A stretch of 64,000 bases of DNA from Cladosporium halotolerans (lineage: Eukaryota), in assembly GCF_011745625.1 (NCBI RefSeq), contig NW_027191463.1, positions 248,001-312,000 of the forward strand, read 5' to 3'. The notes beneath the pieces are model-generated. The model was not told the origin of the DNA and did not search any database. It saw only the letters and a program-made list of their open reading frames with translations. Made by a program: the position numbers and the translations under genes. Of this stretch, positions 58,548 through 64,000 are shown piece by piece (within the stretch, counting starts at the first letter, position 1; each line of letters begins with the position of its first letter).

Positions 58548-59201
58548 ATCTAGGCGGACCGGTGAAGTCAAACATTTTGGCATGTGAGCTGGGTTGCGAT
58601 CAAGCGAAGGCGTCTCGGAAACGGCTACTGTATTCCTGCGGGACCCTCGCCAACTGGTATAGTAATGTCTACACAACACAGCAAAAGAACATTCGGGGAT
58701 TTCCGCGAATCAACAAGTTCAAATGATCCTTGGCCTCAATAAGCGACGGAAAGTCTCACATCCGAGGTCCACGCATCAGCTGCCGGATCACTAACAGCTG
58801 ACTGATCAGCTCGAAAAACCTCAGCTGCCTGCACCAAATATGATAAACTCTCAGCAAAAGGAACTCCTGATACGGGGAACGATGCCACCATTCCAATCAG
58901 AGCCAATGGTCCAGCATGCTTTTCTGCGCTGTCAGCACTACGCGCGCCAGGGCTGAGCTTGCTTACACTACGAGGCGTGCCAATGGTAACAGCTCGCGCA
59001 AGTCGCTAGTTGCATACGCCGCACGCCTACTGTCAACCGAGAGATAGTGTAGATGTTACCTGACGTGACCTCACCGGTCTACATCAGGCATTCTTCATAT
59101 CTCCTTCTCCCGGATCATTCGCTGCTGTTTTCTTTTCCCGGTCAGCTCTCAACGAGAGAAACATAACCATAGTCTGCACTCACCACATCAACTATCCAGA
59201 A

Positions 59202-60215
59202 ATGCCTCTCACCACCGACAAACAAATCCTCGCAACAAGCGAGGCCCTAGTCACAGACCTTCGCGCCGCCTTCCACACGCCAGAGACCGACCGCCCAGGT
59301 ACCCATCCTCTTCCAGCGGCGCTCAAGACACCTCACTAACACCCCCCTCCAGCTCACGCCCGCGGCCACCTCCTCCGCGGCACCTTCACCCCCACCCCCC
59401 TAGCCGCAACCCTCTCCACCGCCCCCCACTTCAACAACCCCACCACCCCCCTCCTCGCCCGCTTCTCCTCCTCCACCGGCCTCCCCCAAATCCCGGACAC
59501 CGACCCCAGCGCCAACCCCCGCGGCCTCGCCATCCGCTTCCTCCTCTCCGCCGACGGCCACTCGCACACCGACATCATCACGCACTCCTCGCCCCTCTTC
59601 CCCGCCCGCACGGGCGAAGCCTTCCTCTCGCTCGTCCACGCGCTCGCCTCCGGCGACCCCGCCACCATCGCCGCCTTCATGGCCGCCAACCCCGCCGCCG
59701 CCGCCTTCCGCGCCCGCCCCAACCCCAGCCCCGCCAGCTTCGCCTCGCAGCCCTACTTCGGCATCCACGCCTTCTTCCTGCGCGCCCCCGACGGCGCCCG
59801 CACGCCCGTGCGCTACCGCCTCGCGCCCGCGGAACCCACCCACGTGCTGTCCGACGCCGAGCTCGCGGGCAAGAGCCCCAGCTATCTCTTCGACGAGCTG
59901 CGGACGCACGGGCGGATGTCCTTCGCGCTGCAGGCGCAGGTCGGGGCGCCTGAGGACCCGACGGACGATTCGACGCAGCAGTGGCCTGAGGAGCGGGAGG
60001 TGGTGGAGCTGGGGAGAGTGGAGTTCGACGAGGTGTTGGGGGAGGAGGAGGATGGGGAGGTGGCGAAGAGGGTGATTTTCGACCCGGTGCCGAGGGTTGA
60101 GGGCGTGGAGGCCAGTGCGGATCCGCTGATTGAGGTGAGGGCGGCGGTGTATTTGATCAGTGGGAGGATTAGGAGGGAGGCGGAGGGGGGAGGATGTCCG
60201 GTGATGAAGAATTGA
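59202..60215 (+). CDS. SrpA-like small catalase-related heme protein; exons 59202-59298 and 59353-60215, 319 aa
   Basis: RPAHARG (distal His), ARFS, PRGLAIRF, YFGIHAF, DPTDDSTQQWPEER..ELG, IFDPVP..GVEASADPLIEVRAAVY (proximal Tyr). Intron 59299-59352. Confidence 0.88.
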
Positions 60216-60559
60216 TTATTGATTTTGATGGCTTGTGCGCGGTTGTGCTGTTGGGTAGTATTGGTGGTTGATCGAAATGAAAGTGCTCTCTAGTGGGGCT
60301 CTTTGATTAAATGTTGCTTATTAGTGAGATCAGAGGCGATGGTAGTACCTCGTGTTTGTGCGTAAAATCGGAGATGTCTCGATAATGGGTATCTCTATCA
60401 GTCTGTATCGTAAAGTGAAGTAGGATGCCCGGGGATATCAAATGAAAGACAAGCTCGCGATACGCGGGTTGAATTCGAAAAAGTCAAAGTATCACCTGCA
60501 TTAAGACATCAAGGCGTATTATGTAAACTACATCTATCACGACTGTCTAGCTATGCTAT

Positions 60560-61900
60560 TTCGCAATTTAGCTACACCAACCTTAGTCCGACTACCCGGC
60601 TTGATGAGCAAGACCTACTTCACGTCTCAGATATTGCATGATGTCTGTACTCAAGGTCTGAAAGACGTTCGTGCCAGCCGTATGCGTTGAGCTTCGTGCC
60701 TCTCCAGTACTGGTAGACCGGGGAGTCTGCCGGCCAAAGACCGAGTTGGTTTTCCACTCCTGGTTGATATCCATCGCCTGCATGAAAACCTCATGGGGCC
60801 TCAAAGCATTAGAGAGGCGGCAAACGGTCGCTCTGGACAGTTGCTAACTATCTAGTCGGAACTACATACTAAGTGGCTCCTCGACAAGAGTCATGGTTTG
60901 ATCAGGCCTAACAGTCCGCATCGCGGATTTGAACGCCGCCTGGCTTAAAGTAGGAGATGTCTTAAAGAGTCTCTTCCCCTCTGCAGGAAAGAATCGAATT
61001 AGAATGGTTCGTTGATGACGCAAAAGAGCGCGAGATTAAGCAGATTGCAGGTAAGTCCATCGGAGAATGTTGCGATTATAGACTTCTGGCTGGGCCATTT
61101 CGCCCGAATCTGCGTGAGTGCGTCTACGAGCAACGATGTGGCGTAGAGAGAACAGTTGAGGAGAAGACGGTCGGTAATGCCAGATGTGAGAATATCCGTG
61201 ATTATTGGCCTAGCAGTAGCAGCAGTGGCAGGTGTTTCATGGGACTGTTGTCTGGACAGCAGGTCGACTGGTCTTGGAAAGATAAGTTTATAGCCCTGAC
61301 CAATCTGAGTTAGACAGCGTAAAAAGCGGACTGCCTCTGTCTGTGACTCTTGCGAGCGTCCACGCTCTTTATGCAGCTGCAGCTGGGGAGGGGGAGGCAG
61401 CGTCCCATTGTCTAGTGGCCGGCCCAGTAGTGTCTGGACTGGATGAATCTGTGCTGACAGCAGGCCGACTGGCTTCGGAAGGATATACTGACAGTCTTGC
61501 CGAACCATGGCCAGACCATATAAGGAGCGATTTGTGCGTGGGTCTGGGAGCTCGTGATGTAGTCAAGCTCTTTTTGGATTCTTCCAAGGCAAGGTATGTA
61601 ATTTGAGCGATCGATGCACAAAGACCTTCCGTCTGCCTGCAGTCGGCGCTAGACCGTCTACTCTACTCGTCACGTCGTCAACCTCTAAGAAAAATCTACG
61701 CTCCCGGTGCTCGAAATCTCCGCCTAACCTCTGTATCACGGATGGGATGGGACAGTGAACGCAAGAGTTCCCTCCCACCGGCACGCGCTGATCTTCGAAC
61801 GTAACACAAGCATACCTTTCGCCTACCTCGATCTCCATCTCGGTAGGATCGACAATCCCACATGTCTGACATTGCGAAGCGGGTGCCGTTTCGCGGCTGT
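60560..61900 (-). pseudogene. Possible degenerate gene relic, weakly HET-domain-like
   Basis: Broken minus-strand frames with CxxC motifs and fragments FPRPVDL, YATSL, TFSDGL..F*FDSF, SQAAF that loosely follow HET motif order. TpA-rich patches. The resemblance is weak. Confidence 0.2.
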
Positions 61901-62352
61901 TGTCACATATTCCGGGTGAAGTAAGTGCTGCGGGTGATTTGGAAGGCGCGCGACGATCTACAGTACACGACATCGCCGTGGCGTGCCGTCAGGGGCGGTT
62001 GTGAAACGTGAGGCTGGTTTTTTTTTTTTGGCGGTGGCGAGCGGTAAGTCAAGGCAGGGCAGATCAGGGCAGGGCGGAGGGATATTTCTCCTGGTGCCTG
62101 GCGGGCGTACCGGGATGAATTGATTGATGGGTGAGGGGAGGTGAGGTGAGGCAGCGCACAGCACAGGCGAGACGCGACGACTGCCACTCTCTTCCGCGAT
62201 TCGAGAATTGCTCTCGTTGCGCGGCTGCGTGGAAAGTGCGATGTTTTGATCGTCCAAAGCGCATCGGAATAAACGCAACGCAACGCGACACGACGACGCG
62301 CGAAGGAAGCGCGCTGTGAAGCGTGGCATCCTATCCTGCCCGGCTAGGGGGA

Positions 62353-62374
62353 AGAGAGAGAGAGAGAGAGAGAG
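62353..62374. repeat. (AG)11 microsatellite
   Basis: Direct read. Confidence 0.95.
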
Positions 62375-63147
62375 TTCGACCCTGCGCCCGCCACGCGCGG
62401 CGGATCCCTCCTCACGTTTCACTTTGTTTGTGTTCGTTCAACGTGGGCTAAGGAAAGGAAGACGCCTCGTATAGCATCGCATCTCCACAACCCCTCTCCT
62501 TGCCTGCGCGCGCGCGCGGCGCGTCCTCGCTCAAACGCTCGGTGTGTTGCGACCGAGCGGAGCGAGTGGACTCAGTGGAGTGGCATCGCGTCGAGTTGCT
62601 GTCCCGCCTTACCTGCCGCTCGCGCAGGGAACGAGCGCGAGGAAGAGGGACCGGGTCAACTATCTACCTGCCAGTGGGGTGTATGTAGGGCGCGTGCGCT
62701 CGCTCGGGATTCCTGCTACCTAGTAGTGACGATGCTTCGGCATAGGGCCGAACAGCACCGCGAGTCCGGAGGCCTGCGTCCTCGTGGGGCACGGGGGCTT
62801 GGCGCGAGCGAGGTGGTGCGAAGCGCACTAGGTAGACGAACACATGGCAGACGCTGCGCGATGGGGTCGCTCGCTGTATGTATGTACGTACTACCGCTCT
62901 AGACGTAGATGCCATTCGCACGCGTGCTGGGCTAAAGCCGCGACTCGCACGCGGCACAGAAGCCGGGGATGCCGAGGATCTGGTCGAGCGGGCGGTAGGC
63001 GAGAGTGATGTGCGAGGAGGGCTGGCGATGTCTGCACTCTGTCTGCCCTTCCCCGGGGCGGGCGCGCGCGCTCTCCGCTCCACTTCACCCGCACAGACGT
63101 TGCGGCGGCACCGTCAAGCTCTCGTGGCGCGGCGGCGGCCGAAGAAC

Positions 63148-63149
63148 GA

Positions 63150-63181
<32 letters not shown>

Positions 63182-63183
63182 AC
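63148..63183. repeat. Interrupted (GAC)n trinucleotide repeat: (GAC)8 GGC (GAC)3
   Basis: Direct read. Confidence 0.92.
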
Positions 63184-64000
63184 AGGATGATGTGAAGCGT
63201 GAAGCGTCACGGATTGAGTTTCTGAGAGCGAACGGCGCGCCGCTGATGGCCGCACGGCTCACCTCACCTCACCAGCGCGCGCAAGGGCTTCACGATTCAC
63301 CCGCCGGCTGCGCTCCGAAGCCTCTCCACAGCAAGACCTCCGGGTGGAGATTGTGGTTGGGCGGCTTTCAAGGGGAACCGCTTCAGCGCGCGCTCAGCTC
63401 ACGGAGAGCGCGAGAAAGAATCGCGCGCGGAACTTGCCTTGGACCGTTGTGCTCGCTCGCTCGCTCGCTCGCGCCAGCGCTTGCAGTGCAGCTTGGGCAC
63501 GAGTGCGCGCGCGCGCTGTCGCGCTATCCGTGCTCGCATCCCGCGCGCGTTCTAGAGGCGGCGGCTGTCGTCGCTGCGCTGCGCGCGGTCAGCAGAGCAG
63601 TCAGTAGGCAGTAGTGTGGTAGTCAGCAACAGCGCAGCGCCGCGCCGCGCAGCAGAGAGCGCGCGCACAATTCCCCGACTCCGACTCTGCCGCCCGGCGC
63701 GCTTCCCCTCGCAGGTGCAGGCTCGCTTGCGCTGCTGCTGACATCCGGCCGTCTCAGCGTGGTCGTCTGTCGTCTGGCGAAACGGTGGGCGCGCGCGGCA
63801 GGGTAGGCACGGCCACCGCGGCTTCGCTGGGAGGCTCGGACGAGGACGGGCGACGACGGGCGGGGCGCGAACCAAGCATTCCCACGGTCGCTGATCTGCC
63901 GCCAGCCCGACGAGAGACGAGAGAGGGGGAGAGCGCATGGGATAGGGGCCGGCGGGCGGGAAGCTCTCAGGTGTGCAGAAGCCGCGCCACGGGCGGCAGC

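Noticed and set aside
1..64000. CRISPR arrays, rRNA/tRNA genes, intact transposons or prophage
   Set aside because: Eukaryotic intron-containing DNA. By eye I found no regularly spaced repeats, transposase/RT/integrase motifs or tRNA cloverleafs; a tRNAscan/Rfam run would be needed to exclude small RNAs.

Overview
Gene-dense, intron-containing DNA from a filamentous ascomycete, probably a Dothideomycete (taxonomy is inferred from gene style, not established). I reconstructed 24 protein-coding genes, mostly by joining exons at GT..AG introns with CTRAC/CTAAC branch points and checking frame. Housekeeping genes: RPN13, RPL6, MSH5, RRN6, SPC25, CWF19, GPN1, THOC3, SEC26, mago nashi, GID4. Accessory or regulatory genes: a signal-peptide ureohydrolase, three MFS transporters, a DUF829 hydrolase, a Pth11-like rhodopsin-domain protein, a secreted BBE-like FAD oxidase, a signal-peptide RidA, an Nrg1/CSP-1-like C2H2 repressor, a Zn2Cys6 factor, an amadoriase-type oxidase, an RGS-LOV-DUF photoreceptor and an SrpA-like small catalase. 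Most notable observations: (1) a receptor / secreted oxidase / secreted RidA island; (2) a compact MFS + Zn2Cys6 + fructosyl-amino-acid oxidase module; (3) a tandem 3' splice site in RPN13 that would switch between isoforms with and without the DEUBAD domain; (4) an RGS-LOV photoreceptor and a CSP-1-like repressor, both with GATC/GCATCG-rich upstream DNA; (5) repeated C-rich to G-rich skew inversions that ignore gene orientation. No rRNA, tRNA, CRISPR array or intact transposon was recognised. No searches were run, so family assignments rest on motif recognition.
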